NCBI GenBank assembly: GCA_036172245.1
Contig: JAYWIR010000042.1
Coordinates: forward strand, 1,550,001-1,614,000
DNA: 64,000 nucleotides
DNA from: Raillietiella orientalis
Lineage: Eukaryota
Direction of reading: 5' to 3'
Under the pieces are notes generated by a model that had not been told where the DNA came from, did not search any database, and saw only the letters and a list, made by a program, of their open reading frames with translations. The translations under genes were made by a program, and so were the position numbers. This document shows positions 44,200 through 57,274 of the stretch, piece by piece (the first letter of the stretch is position 1; each line of letters starts with the position of its first letter).

Positions 44200-45600
44200 A
44201 GGGAGCACGCGCGCGCACGCGCGGAGATCTGGACTCCGGCAGCGGCTGCAACGGCCGGAATGCGAGGAATGTGGCGCCCGGGGGCGTCCCTCGGCGCGTC
44301 CGCCCGTCCCGCGCGCGCGGCCGCCGCCGCCCGCGCTTCCGTGCGGCGTGCGCTCACGAGGGGGCCGCGCGGCAACTCCAGAGCGCCGACGCGCGCGTGC
44401 GCGAGGAGGCGTTGCGCAGACGAAGGTTGCGCGACGCTCTCGAGCTCCACCCCCTCCCGGGGGCGCCAGACGGCTGCCTTCGCCCGCTCGCGGACTCCGC
44501 ACACGGGGCCTCCCCGTGTCCAAGGAGATGCCGCGGCTTCCTCTTCCCCTCGCGCCGCTTTGGGGACCATCTTCCCCTCCATTCGCCGCTCCCCCGCGTA
44601 TCTCCGGGGAGATGTGAAAACGCGGTGGCGCGTCCCCGTCCTGCCGAAGGCGACGACGAGGCGGAGGCGGTGCGGAGCTGGGGACGGCCGCTGGCGATCC
44701 GCACGGTCTCCTCCCCTTCCTCCCTCCCTCGTCGCCTCCGGGGGCGTGACGCGCGCTCCCCTCCCCCTTTCCGAAATGCTCCCGGCCGTCGCCTTCCCGC
44801 CTTCGGTGAGGGGGAGTGGGCTCTCGTGAGAGCGGGGATCGGCAGCACCTCAAGGGTCGCGGCCGTGCCCGCGGGAAAAATTTCGGGAGAGGAAGGAGGG
44901 AAGGGGAGAGACCCGCGGTAGCGGCAGCTGGGCTCCTCCTCCCACACCTCCCTCGCTTTCCAGCGGGAACGGCGCGCTCCGCCCGCACCCGCGCGCACAA
45001 ACTCGCGCGCGCAGGCGAGACGGCCGATGGCAGCGCACTCAGCGGCGGGATCCCCGAGGGGGAAGGGTGAGATGGGGTAAGGAGGGAAGGAGGGAGGGAG
45101 GGTCGGCCAGCCGGACGCACCCTCATCGCAAACTCCGTCGTCAGGCAGGTCGGGATCTCACATCTCCCTCCATCCACCCCAATTCCCCCTTTTCTAAAAA
45201 AAAAAAAACTTTTGTGTGCCTTCGCTGCTGCGGTGGTGGGCGGCGACAGCAGCGGCGGTCCTGGCCAGACGACCCCGAGCGCTGCTGTCGCCGCCGCTTC
45301 CACCCCTTCTTCCTCTCCCGCTCGCCCCCCCCCCCTTCCCCTCACTTACCCTCGACTACGTCTTCGCCGCCTCCATCCTCTTCGCAGATCCTCAGGTAAG
45401 CACGCGGGACGTCACACGCACGCACGCGTGCACACACCACACTCGCGCGCGCGCAGAGGCAGTCCACTCGCTGCGTTCGCCAGAGCGGATCTCTGGCCGC
45501 GACGCTTCTGTTGCTCCTCTCAAATAAACGCTGCGCGCGTGACCTTGCTCTGCGACCTGATTGCATGCCCCGCGGCAGCCGATCTGTAACAGAACCACCC
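44200..45600. promoter_or_regulatory. Extremely GC/CpG-rich island; candidate promoter or first-exon region
   Basis: Dense CGCGCG runs and G/C tracts. Strong donor-like motifs at 45344-45349 (minus) and 45396-45401 (plus). No recognisable protein. Confidence 0.4.
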
Positions 45601-48600
45601 CTTCGAGTGAGGCTTCCAGCTTCCCGGCTTTCTCTTGGTCACCGTGTGTGTGTGTGTGTGTGTTCCCCCCCTCTCTCCCCTCCTGCCCTTCCTTGCAGCA
45701 CTCGCGTCAGGGGGAATGGACGGGCGCTCTTCAGCGGACGCATCCAGGGCACGCCGTGCTCAGGGCCGAATTTCCTGGAGCTCCTCCCGTGAGTTCGGGA
45801 GAACGGAGAAGATTGGAGAAGCAAGCGTGAAACCGACTTCTTCTCCTCTCCTTTTCCCCACCCCTCCCTCTCTCTCTCCTCCCTGCCTTCTGCACGGCCC
45901 TTCTCTCAGCCCGTGAGGGACCTTCCAGAAGCGACGCACCTGCTTTCTCATGTCGCGCTGGTCCGAAACGAGGGTGGGAGACAGCTGACGTCCGTGGGGA
46001 TGACTTCCGAGGACTCCTGTAACCTCTTCTCCCTCCTCCTCCTCTTTCCCCCTCTCCCCTTTCTTCCCCCTCTGCCCCCGCGCGAGACACCTCCAGAGCG
46101 AACGCCTGAAACCAGAAGAGGAGGAAGGTCGCTGCGGGTGACCCCTCCGTCTGAACGCGTCTTCCCGCTCCAGGCCCTCCCCTCCACCCGTCCAAGAATC
46201 CTGCTCGAAGACAGGGGAAGAGACGCGACGCGAGGCGAGGAAGGGAAAGCCACCTTTCTGACTACACGCTGGGCGCGAGCCGGGAGCCCTTTGCTCGCGA
46301 TGGGTCTCCGGGAAGGGGAGACTTTCAACTGGGAGGAAAAACGGAGTCCTTGCGCCTGGGCGGGATCCCGGGGACCTCTTTGCGCTTCCTCGGTCCAGGC
46401 CCGTCTTCCGGACGGCCAGGGATGGGGGGGAGGGACCACCCCACGTCGTTACCTCTCGAGAAGGCCCCGCAAGCTCTGGGGGATGCGCGCAACGCCATGG
46501 CTCCGCTGGCACCGAAGGCTTTCGGAAGGGCAAAGAGAACGCTGGAGGAGAGTACGCGGTCCAGAGATGCGAGCCTCTCTCTTCCAGCTTCCGGTTCGGC
46601 CCCTCCCTCCTTCTCCTTTCCCTCCCTCCTTCCGCTTCCGTTTCATGCAGGTGCCGCCAGGGACCACCCTGATTCCCTCTGACGCGGTTGTCCTGGGATA
46701 CCGAGGCCGGAGGCTACCGCTGCCGCCGATTCCTCGAGGCGTGACGTTGTCCCTCGGCAGCTTCCCGCCTCCCGGGGCCGTTTGCAGCGGGCACGCACGT
46801 GATGGGGCCCGTCCTCTGAGTCAGCCAGGACTCCGTGACGTCTTCGGTGCAACCTCCCTCGTCTTTCCTTGCCCTCTCCCCCTTCTCACGTCTTCTCTCC
46901 TGGGGTTCCCCCGACCCAGATGCATAGGAGGAAAGAAAAGTCCTCCGCTGCGGAAGGGTAGGAGGCGGGAGGCGGCTTCCCCAACTCTCCAGCAGAGCCG
47001 TGTTTAAGCGCTTGACGGGATGATGGGGGGAGGGGTGGGGGGGAGTCTCCCGCGCGCCTCCACCTCCCCATTCTTTCCCCCACCCCTGGGCTCCACGACT
47101 GAACTCCGAGGCGGAAACCGCGCTCGCGGCTCCAGGAAGAGATGGCGTCCGGGAGCTGCATGAGCTGCTCCGGAGACGGCGGTGCAGCGTCCTGCTGCCC
47201 CTCTTTCCCCTTCGATCTCGGACAAGAGCGCATGCCTCCTCCTCCCGCTCCCGGATCTCCACCGTCCGTGCAAGAACCACGCGAGAAACCAGGATGCTGG
47301 CGCTGAGTCCTGCATCCCTCGGCGTGCCGTCCGCGTTCGAGAATCATCTCTCGTCACCCCTTAACTCTGGTCGGGGTGGACTAGGCCGGTTCCTGGCTCG
47401 GCGGCGAACCTGCTGCTGTTGCTGCCGCTGGGATTACCGCCAGCCCCACCGAAGTTTTTTCTTCTCTCCCCCACGAGGGAGCGCCTCCTTCTTCCCGAGC
47501 AAGTGGCCTTCCCCCTGGGGAGAACAGATACCTCTTCCGTGGGAGTGGAACGCCACGTGGATTCCTCGCTGGGCGCAGAGAATGCTGGGAGGGGGAGTGG
47601 GGGGAGGGGCAGCCAGTCTCTTTGCCCAAGACCCGCCGGTTGCCCAAGAGGGTGGGAAAGCAGCAGCAGGAGAGCGCCGCTGCCGGAGAGCCGCCGGTCC
47701 CGCGCCATCTCGAAGGACGCACCTTCGCGTCGCCCTTTTTCGTTCGGACGTGCGCTGCTCTCGGAGGCTGCTAAGGAAGGGTGGGAGTGAGGGGGGAAGG
47801 GGTTTTCACGACGTCGTCACCCTGAAGGGGGGTGAAGGTGGGCTGAAGCTTGAAAGCTTGAAGCCCCTCAGCACGCACGGGGGGGAAGGGGCACTTGGGA
47901 AAGGCGGCTTCAACACACCGAGCACTGTGCCAGAGTCTTTGCCCTCGCAAGGGGGGTGGGGGCACCTCCCTTGTACGCGGACCTGCCGCAGGAAGGTTCC
48001 AGCGGAGTGGGCTATCCCTTCACATGAAGAAGAGCTTCGTCTAAAGCAGTAGATCGCTCGTCCCCACCCCCTTCTCTCCCTCTCTCCTTGTCAACCTCCC
48101 TTTCCATCCACCCAGGAAGCCGATTCCTCCTCCCACATCTCTCCATCTTCATCTGTTCCAGAGCACCCTGCAGCGCAATCCTCAAGGGATGGGGCGAGTC
48201 TCGGAGATGCTGTCGGAATCGCGCTCCCCCTCGAATAAGTGGTGTTCCTCCTTTTCCTTGGAGGGGGGGTATAGGGGAAGTGGGGTGAGGGGGTAAAAGG
48301 GGGGAGAGGGAAGCAAAGACGGCCACTTTTTCGGACGCTCACCAGAACACTCCCTCGTCGCTCTCACTGATCCTATCGCTTACCACGATGGACCCCCAAT
48401 TGCTCCTCGGAGCTCCCGCGCCGCGGGAATACCTGCTTCCACGGCACCATCTCGGCAGGGATGACAAGGAGTCGTGTGGACTGGGTGGCGCCTACTCCTA
48501 ACAGAATAGCGCGCCCTCTGCTGCGCAGGCGAAGAGAGGACACACTTCAGCGCCCGCTACTGTTGTACACGCTATAAATACCGGTGTACAACGGAAACCG

Positions 48601-49883
48601 TAAACCCTTAATGGTCGCTGCACGTCTTCTGCGGGGCGGCAGCACCGAGCGCGAGTCTCCGTCGGCGTCGCGTGTCGACACGTCAACGTTTCGCGTGGGT
48701 ACATCGTCGTGACGTGTGGAAGCAACGGCAACATTCCTGCACGATGGAACATTCGCACCGTTATCCTGGGGTAGCGACTGTGGGGTCGTGCGCGGTTCAG
48801 CCCTCCAGCGGCTTCTCTTGAGCGTGTTGTGTGCTCGCAAGAAGGTTTCCCCGCAGCCTCAACATTTTATCCAAGACTCCCAGACGTCCTGACTGCTCCC
48901 GCCTACGGCACACGTGCTGCTGCCGTCACGTCTGAGGTGAGCACGCGAAGGTTCAACCCTAAGGAGTTCACAGGGAAAAGCATCCCAGCAACGCCCCACG
49001 AAGAAGACCCACTCGGATGTTCCCGTATGCCTGCATGGGAGCCATAACGAGCTCAAGTGATCCGCTTTCCTTTTCCTTTTCTTCTTCCCCCCTCCTTCCT
49101 CCGCTCCCTCCTCTCTTCTGCGCGCGACTCGTGGTCAAAGCATCTGTTGCACAACACGCGCACCTCGATCTCTCCGGCAGGAAGTTGCATGAATGGAAAG
49201 AAAGATCGAGCGGGAAGAGTGGGTAAAAACTTGGTAGATTTAGCTCAAGGAGAAGCGCAGGTTGACACGGAGAGGAGGAAGGGAGGGAGGTTAAGTGTCT
49301 CTGGACGCAAGAAGCTGTTCTCAGCTCCAGCGGGTTTTCGCTTTCCAATGACTTTTTCGCACGATAATGGCGTGCCGAGTTTCTCATCCTCCGTGACGTC
49401 CGTGAAACCGAATTTCACCGACGTCCGTCGTCCCTCGGGGCGTATCCATCGCGAACCATTCCAGTCGAAAGATGACTTCTGTCAGTTCACACCAGATTAT
49501 TAAAAAATGGGGGAAGGAGAATTCCTTGAAAGCTTTTCCAGATACTTTGCGATGCATCTGCATTGATTTTTCCAACCTCATTTTGTTTGCCTCCGCGTCT
49601 GCTTCGGGGGAACCGAGGCGTGTGTTTGCTTCGGTGTGTTGTCAGTCTCTGACATCCGTGCTTTCGAAAGTAACGCGTTCGTTTTTTTTTTCTTTTTGCG
49701 TGTCCCCCCCCCCCCCCCCCCCACCTTTCCTTCTTTTGCTGGCGTTCTTTGCATTTGCATCAGCAATACAGAACTCATCCATCTCATGGACGATAGAATT
49801 ACAATGCACGGCACATTTCTCTCGTATATTTCTCTTCGCGTTTTGCCGTTTCCTTTGTTTACGTGCATGAAAAAAACGCACAC

Positions 49884-49886
<3 letters not shown>

Positions 49887-49917
<31 letters not shown>
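49887..49917. repeat. (CA)n microsatellite
   Basis: Direct reading. Confidence 0.9.
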
Positions 49918-52332
49918 CATGTTTATGATAAAGCACGCGAGGAGGAATCCGTCCAATTAGATAGGAGGAGGGGGATTAAGAAAAATCCAACCTTACTTAA
50001 TGACGATCAGTCATCATGCCTTGGAAATTAAGTGTTGCAGGGCACGGACTCGTAGTGCACATTCCGATGCCAATGGCTTTTCGATGCGTGTTTCGATCGT
50101 TTCCGAGTGGAAATTCACTGAAAGTAAAGCACGAGAGAGAGAGAGGGGGGGGGGAGGGAGGGAGATTTTTCTTTCCTTATTCCTATTCTTCCTCCTTTTC
50201 TTCTTCTTCTTCTTCTTCTTCCCTTTCCATTTCGTTGTCGTCCTAATCGTCTCGCGTTGTGGCCTTCGTTCCCGACTCTGCAAATCCGTTTTTCCAGTTT
50301 TTTTCCACGTGCGCGTTTGCTTCGGATGCTGCAAGGACTCAAGATCGGAAGGAATCGGCTTCGCGGGCGGATTCATCCCTCGTACGTTGTCGCTGGCGCT
50401 GAAACCGCCCGCTTTGCTCGAATCCGGCGAGTTTGCGGGAGCAAGATGCGCAGCCTCCTGTCCTGTCCGTGCATCCTCAGCACAACGGAGGATTCGGCAG
50501 CGCGATCGCTCGGCTTCTCTGAGAACCGTTGGCAAATTTTTCAGAAAAGGAGAAAACGGAAACTGCCCGCAGCGGAGCGAAGGCTCGGCGAAAAAATAAG
50601 AAAGGACTCGTAAGGAATAGTCCTTACGGACGATTTTTCCGCGGCAAGCAGTCCGTGCATCGGCGTTATTTCGCGCACTGCGGCAGACGGAATTTCTGAC
50701 TTTATGCTTTAAGTGCCGAGGCATGAGGTGTTTGAAGCCTCGGAGAGAGAGGAAGCAGAGTTTTTTCCAAAAACATGGAGTGGTGCTGTTGGTCGGGACT
50801 TTCGAATTGCGAGTGTGTGATTTTCGTTTTTTTTTTTTTTTTTTCCTTTTCTTATAAACACGCAAAGCTTCCTGGAAATGCAGTGATCCTGGTCGCAGTG
50901 ATCTTCAAGAGTGGTGTGCTGCTGCTGCCCCCTTCCTCCGTCGTTTCTACAGAAACGTGCGTGCGCTGTCGGACCACCGAAACCACGACACCCAAACAGA
51001 AGCACGCGTCTCATCCGATCCCGCTACGCCCCCAGCCTCTGCGAAGTTCCATCTGATCCTAGGCGGGATGAGGTAGGAAAACAAAAAGAATCCTTAACTG
51101 GGAGATGGTTGTCTCAACGAGCTTCCTCACCTGCACCACGGGATCGACTCTTGGGAACGGCTCCTGAAGAGGAGAGGCAAGGTCGTGCTGGAAACCGGAG
51201 TTCTCCCCGAAGGGCCAGGAGAAGGGATGCCCGGGAGTCAGACTTCCCTATCATTCAGAAGAAATCTCGCGGGAACGAGGTTCATCGTGAACTGAGTATT
51301 GAGTTTGAACCCTTCTGCTCCGGAAGAGGAGAAATTCCTATATTCCATTCCTTTTGTTCGATGTTGGTATGATTAATCCTGCAGAGGTTTCTCTGAGATC
51401 AGGAAGGAACAAAGAGGCAGAGAAGAAGAAGAAGAAAAATGTTGGAACTTCTTCAGTCCATCTGCTTTTTTTCCGCTCATCTTCTGCTTGTGGATCGACC
51501 GAAACGTTCCAGCATCTGTTTCGAGAGGGCGGTTAGTCCGAAACCGTGGAATTCCGCTACTGCGTGTGCTTTCTCGCACGTGCTCTCCTCGTAGCTCCAA
51601 AGTTCTTCCCTTCCTTATGTGTCCCTTCACCGATTCCCTCAGATTGGCACAGCGAGCTCGATGCGTGTTGCGCCACGCCGGTTCGCACATTTCCGTTCCG
51701 TTTGGACGCGAGCGGTCAACCGGGATCAGCTGGAGGCGCGGTGCAACGGCACGCACCTTGTCCAGCTGCGTGCTGCGCACCGGTCGAAGCGAAGCGTCGC
51801 CTGCGGACCTCGGGCTTCGCTCTCTTTCGGTTTCCTTTCGTTTCTCGCCCCACCTCGGGTGGTAAACCCGGAAACTTTGCGAAAAACAAGAGTCCGGTCT
51901 GTGTCCAAAGGGGGGAAGGGACGATCGGTTCTTGTTGCTTTCGCGGAAATCCACGAGGAGGAAGGCCGCCCCACCCACCCGCCCGCCCCCGTGTTGATTT
52001 CACCTTAGAACGGCGTGCGCTGGACGAGCAGTTTCCCGACTTGAAGAGAGAGGGCACGAGGCGGCTTCTCCTGCACCTTTCTTTGCCACGCTCCGTGCGG
52101 TCCCATCTTACCGACGTAATGTGGTGTTTTCCTTCGTGCAAGGAGCGTCAGCTGGCCTGCCCTTCCAAGGAACTCCTTGGAGGAACTTGCCATTTCTCTC
52201 CCCTGGCTTCGCTCGTCTAATTTGCATCCATCCCCACCCTCCTCTCCCCAGTCCCCTAAGCCCAGGAAGGAACTCGAAACCCACGACGCATGGTACCACG
52301 CCCGGAGACAGTAACCACACGGCCTCCGACGC

Positions 52333-52384
52333 GGTCATTAACCTAAGAAGAGAAAGTTCCCGGAGCACTCGCTTCATCCAGGAA
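52333..52384 (+). repeat. Short inverted repeat, left arm (right arm 53590-53647)
   Basis: GGTCATTAACCTAAGAAGAGAAAGTTCCCGGA matches the reverse complement of 53616-53647 at 31/32. A further block, CTTCATCCAGGAA, is also shared. Confidence 0.85.
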
Positions 52385-53589
52385 TCCATTAAGCTCCGAA
52401 AGTACGTGCGGCACCACGTTGTTGGACGGCAGGTCACGCCGGGACACCCGGGTAAAGCCGATCACGAGTAAGCAAAAAATGACAAAAAATTGACGGCTGT
52501 TATCAAGTAAGGAGAAGATGCATAGCACACGCGACCCGTTTCAGTCGCAAGCCTCCCGTTCCCAAGTGGCACCGGTTCCCCCCACCTTCGACCCTCCCAG
52601 TGACCTCTCCCAGTCCTCCCTTAACAGCCATTAGAAAGCGGGTTCATTCCGGAGAACCGCGGATGCATCGACCGATCGTCCCGGAGGCAGCGGTCCTCGT
52701 AGAATCTCACGAGGCGTTTTTTTTCTCCATGCAGCGGAAGTGCTGTTTCCTTTTTCGTTCGTCTTTTCTGCTTAAAAATCATTAGCGCGAAAGATGCGGT
52801 TGCGTGGTTTCCCGCTGAAGTACCTGGAGAGAGAACGAACCCCGAGATGCAGCCCGGGACTCACCACCGATAAGAAAGGTGCCTTGGAGCTCATTCGGCA
52901 TGTTGCTTCCTCCTCCTCACCCCCCGTGAGAAACGCCGACTTCTGCTTGAGTGGCCGCGGATCACGCCTAGCAAGAGGAAGCGTGGAAGATTGCCACCGG
53001 GCTACCCTCATCCTTAAATTCCTTTTTTTGGTTCCTCCACAGCTTACTCGAGAGGCAGATGAGTTAAGCACTGTTTATGGCCTCGATCATTTGCCGGCCT
53101 CTGGCACAACTCCCGTGCATGGAGCCCCGAAGTCTCATGGTTTTCTCCGGCATGGAGCTTCCCATGAGAACTCGGGTTGAACTTTCGTGTGGACGTACCA
53201 CTGCGCGTTTGAGGGAAGGGGAGAGGGCACGAGCAAGCTGACGCGTTCCTTCTTCCTTCCCATCGTGGCCAGCACGTGGTTGTCAGCCCTGCACCTCTGG
53301 AGTCACAATGTCCCTGGCATCACAATGTGAATCCCAGCCCACACGTCCTGGAGGAGGCCTCTTTCGGCAGAGAACGGGATCATCCCGACTGCCGCAGCGG
53401 TTGTTGCACTGCCGACCAACCAGCCAGGGCAACCTCCAGAGTCCTCGGAAGAATCTAATGGAGCGAAACATCCCCCTCCAGCTTCCCGTGCCTCTACACA
53501 CGCGAGTGAGGAGAGGGACGCGAGCAGTGCAGTGAAGAAGATGAATGCATCCGTAGGGGCATAGCCGATACCGGAAGTAGATGCGAGAG

Positions 53590-53647
53590 TTCCTGGATGA
53601 AGTACACTTACTTAATCCGGGAACTTTCTCTTGTTAGGTTAATGACC
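53590..53647 (-). repeat. Short inverted repeat, right arm (left arm 52333-52384)
   Basis: See left arm. Confidence 0.85.
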
Positions 53648-55339
53648 CTCGATGGTGGAAAGTTCCGCCTAAAGTGCGCCTGCTCGAGCACGTCCACTGC
53701 ACGGCAAAGTGGTTTCTCGGCGATCTTTAAGCACGTGGCGACGGACACCCTCGAGGAACGCCTGCAGTATCGTCTGCCCTTCGAAGCAGTGGACTCGGAG
53801 AGGACGTGCGCTTTCCTGCTCTCTCGTCGTCCGTCAGCTCCGTTTTCGTTCTTCCCATGGCGCGTCCCTCCGATCCCCCACGACTTGGGCAAACCTCCGA
53901 TCGTCTATCCGAAGGTAGCGGGGCGAACCTCGCGGTGGTGTTCCCGCAGCTTGTTAACGGGTATCACAGACACTTTCCTGAGATTCGAAAAGCGCCCTTG
54001 ACCACAAATGACCGAAGTGCGTGTCTTGGAAATGACTGAAGCGTGTCGTCAACGCACACCATTCTGACGACTGTTCGAAGGCATCGGAAGGGCGTGGAAT
54101 GACTCTGGGGAAGGCGAAGAGGTATGCATGACGTCACTGAAGACAACTCCGATTCTGGGACTCGGTTGCGAACGCTAAACGCTCGTTTGCGCACCCCAGA
54201 ATTTTCATCATTAGAGGCGTTAGCAGGGCCGTCACTGCTGCTGATGCCTCACAGCTTCTTCATCACCAAGAGAAGCCGCCGTTCACTTTGCTGTCGGCAC
54301 CATGATACATGCTCCTCAGATTTCGACTTGTAAGGTTATCCTCCTGACACTTGACAACAGAGCTCTTTCTCTCCTCTTAGCCTCCTTCCTTCCTTTTCTC
54401 CATTTTTTTCTCATCGGTACACGGACCTTGTTGTTGCCCTTCGACAACTGATGTGTTCAGATAACCCCTGTGCTTGTCACTTTCCGAAGATTCTCCACGT
54501 CTGTTCCTCGTCGCCATCTGCACGCTCTATCTACTCTAACACCTGTCTTTCTTACCGCTACCTCCGTTTCCATACTCGCATCCTTTCGCGTCACGGAAAA
54601 TGATTGGTGTATCGTTCACATTCATTCAGAAAACTTGGTTGCATGGCTGACTCTTTCTGCTCTCTGGGGACCTGCATGTCGACATTTAACTGGAGGACCA
54701 GCATTTGGAGAGCACGTTAAAGGAAGATCTTGAATAAGAATCACCATAAAATGCGATAACAGCAGAACCCTTGTCCGATTGGAAGTTGCCATGTCTGAGC
54801 ACTACAAGGAAAAGATAGATAAACATCGCACTCAACATTAATTTCGATGAAGATCCACGACTTTTCTCAGGTAAGATGCTTGAGGAGCCCTTCGCAATTA
54901 AAAGAAACGTATTTGAAAGAAAAGACAGGTTCCTTAATCAAGAAGCAAAAAATCCCAAAGGTTTTCTCCGCATATCTTCTAATGAAAAAACAGGGATTTC
55001 TAATCCATCACTGTCACAAAGAAAACTAAGATCGACAAGGTTACGTGTACGCCAGATAGGGATTTGGAGACCTTAAAGTGTTAATTTTTCTCTTCAACAG
55101 TCATCCCTATATAGCAATATATCCAGCTTCCACATGGTACAAAGCCTGTTGAAACTTTTTGCACAATTTCTCACAAGTTGCAGTAATCCTCAGGAGACCT
55201 TCATCAAACCCATTAGGGCGGAGTAGTTGTATTTGTTTTTGCATCCACTCTACAAACGCATTCGTTCCACTTCGAACAAAGTTCATTATTTTTCCATTGA
55301 AGTTTACTTCGGGGAGTCACTGCGCTAAGGTTCTGCACT

Positions 55340-55993
55340 AGGGTGGGTTTGGACATTGTCCCCAATCATTTTCAGGATATATCAGTATGGGCACTCTACT
55401 ACAGTTGCCGATATCTCTTCTGATAATTCCTTTCAGGATTTCCATAGGAGATACGGCCGTTCCACTGGTGCTCGTCTTCCACCATCTGATTAGTAATAAG
55501 CAGGGCAATGGTCGTCCTAACCATGGGATTGTAACAGGGGACGTTACCGGTTCCTTGAAACATTTTGGTCAGGACTTCCGTCGGCGAATAGTTCTGCAGC
55601 CCTTTTCAGCCTGCCAGTCTTGAAGTATTGTGGGGCAGGTCAAGACATGAAGTCTTGTGTCCACATCCCCACATGCTTTGCAGTCCTCGTCTTCGCTTGC
55701 TCCTGTGGAGTATTTCACCTTGGACCCGCTCAGAATTCCTCCATGATAGAACATCAGGAGGTTGTCCTGGGTGTCCGGCGGTAGGTCACTCCTCCAGAGC
55801 GTCGTCCCTATCGCCAACAGGTTGAGTGAGCCCCGTAGCGGTGAGCAGCTTCTTGGAGGGCACTGATGTCTTTATCTTGTTCCCTTATGATGCGGCATAC
55901 ATTTTGTTTGCTTACCCTGGACCACGCGTAGTTATTGTGGTTGTGCAGTAATCCTCTGGAGATGTGAAGAGGTAATCCGTTGCCGAGTGACAA
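55340..55993 (-). mobile_element. Decayed 3' fragment of a non-LTR retrotransposon (L1/Tx1-like ORF2 zinc-finger region)
   Basis: LWRSDLPPDTQDNLLMFYHGGI...CKACGDVDTRLHVLTCP matches the CxxC-x-HxxxC zf-RVT pattern found C-terminal to LINE RT. Frameshifted and truncated. Confidence 0.6.
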
Positions 55994-57274
55994 ACGTTAC
56001 AAGTTGGTTTTCAAAGGAATTCCGAAAAACAACTCACTAGCGATTAACTTTGAGACTGTGCAAACGAAACAGAACAAAAAACAAAAAAAGAGAGAGGAAA
56101 TAATCAGAATCCCAGATCAAAGAAAAGTAAATTCTTCTTTGTCGGAAGTATTTTTCAAAAAATCATAAAAAATGTTGAATAAACCGCCACGCTTTTCTCT
56201 CGACTTGTCACTTCAGATAGGATCCACGATTTTTTCCTTTTTCTTCTTCACGTTTAGAAAGATACATTTACTTCCGATGCCTAATAGGTGATACCTAAAG
56301 ACTTCTTGGTTCTCCAAACAACATCCATTGCATTCCATTTGCACGCACTGACACTCGAAATCTTTTATCGGGGTGTGATTAAACACTTAAACTGGAACTC
56401 TCGTCGTTATACATGCAGTGTACTGGTAACAACGAGACATGATTGGAATGGATGTGTCCATTTTTTTTTTCCCGACAGACTTGTTTCCGTTTCCGATTGC
56501 CAGGAGTTAAGGTTCGCTTTCCGATGCAGCATGTAAATTCTACCCGACCAAGTAGACAAACATCCATTTGCAGGGAAAGTTAATTACTCCAATGCTAAAA
56601 GTTCGATGAAAAAGAAGACAGCTGCTGAACTACGAGAGGAAACGAGATGGCATCTGCATAGATTTAAAGCTCTGTTCAGGCTAAGCATAATAAATATAAG
56701 AAGAAGGAAACCTAAGAAGACTGAATGGGGGGGAGGAGGTAAGTGGACATGCATGCGTGAAAAACATGGAAACAATAATTCTGAAGTGGAACCGATGTCC
56801 ACGAAGTTCAAAAATGCACCAATAGGTAATCAGAAACCTCGGCGAGGACAAGTAACGTGAAAATCATTTGTGCAAGATGGATGGGCTGCGTGAGCGGAAA
56901 TCAAAAGGATAAGAATCTCCGGAGAAAGCCAGAAACTTTTTGCTTATTATGTTCTTCATTTTTCCGTTTGCTTCGAAACTTGCAAAACTTGAGAAACCCA
57001 TGGAAACACAGTTCTATGGAGCGAGCTCCGAATCCTTGTTCCTAGCAGTAATTAGACATTCATTTACGCTTATTGCCACGTTTACTCGTAGCGTTACACA
57101 TTATATTGATAAGTGCAGTTGTATCGACTGATTTCATCAAAAAGTCCACCGGTCCGGTGGTACGGCTTTCGGATGAAGTTGTCATGGGCAACGTGTCACG
57201 CGGCGCAGCACATGGCCACACGTGAGATCCGAAGGAACGTTGCGAGCGTTACCGTGAGAACGGTGGGCGGCGAG

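Noticed and set aside
43283..47007. Long ORFs of 614, 444 and 364 aa
   Set aside because: Low-complexity R/P/G/A-rich ORFs expected from extreme GC. They overlap on both strands and have no domain.
48573..48580. TATAAATA box
   Set aside because: No Inr at the expected distance and no downstream gene identified.
56870..57010. Cys-rich stretch reminiscent of a piggyBac C-terminal zinc ribbon
   Set aside because: Needs frameshifts, and no TIR/TTAA ends or DDD core were seen.
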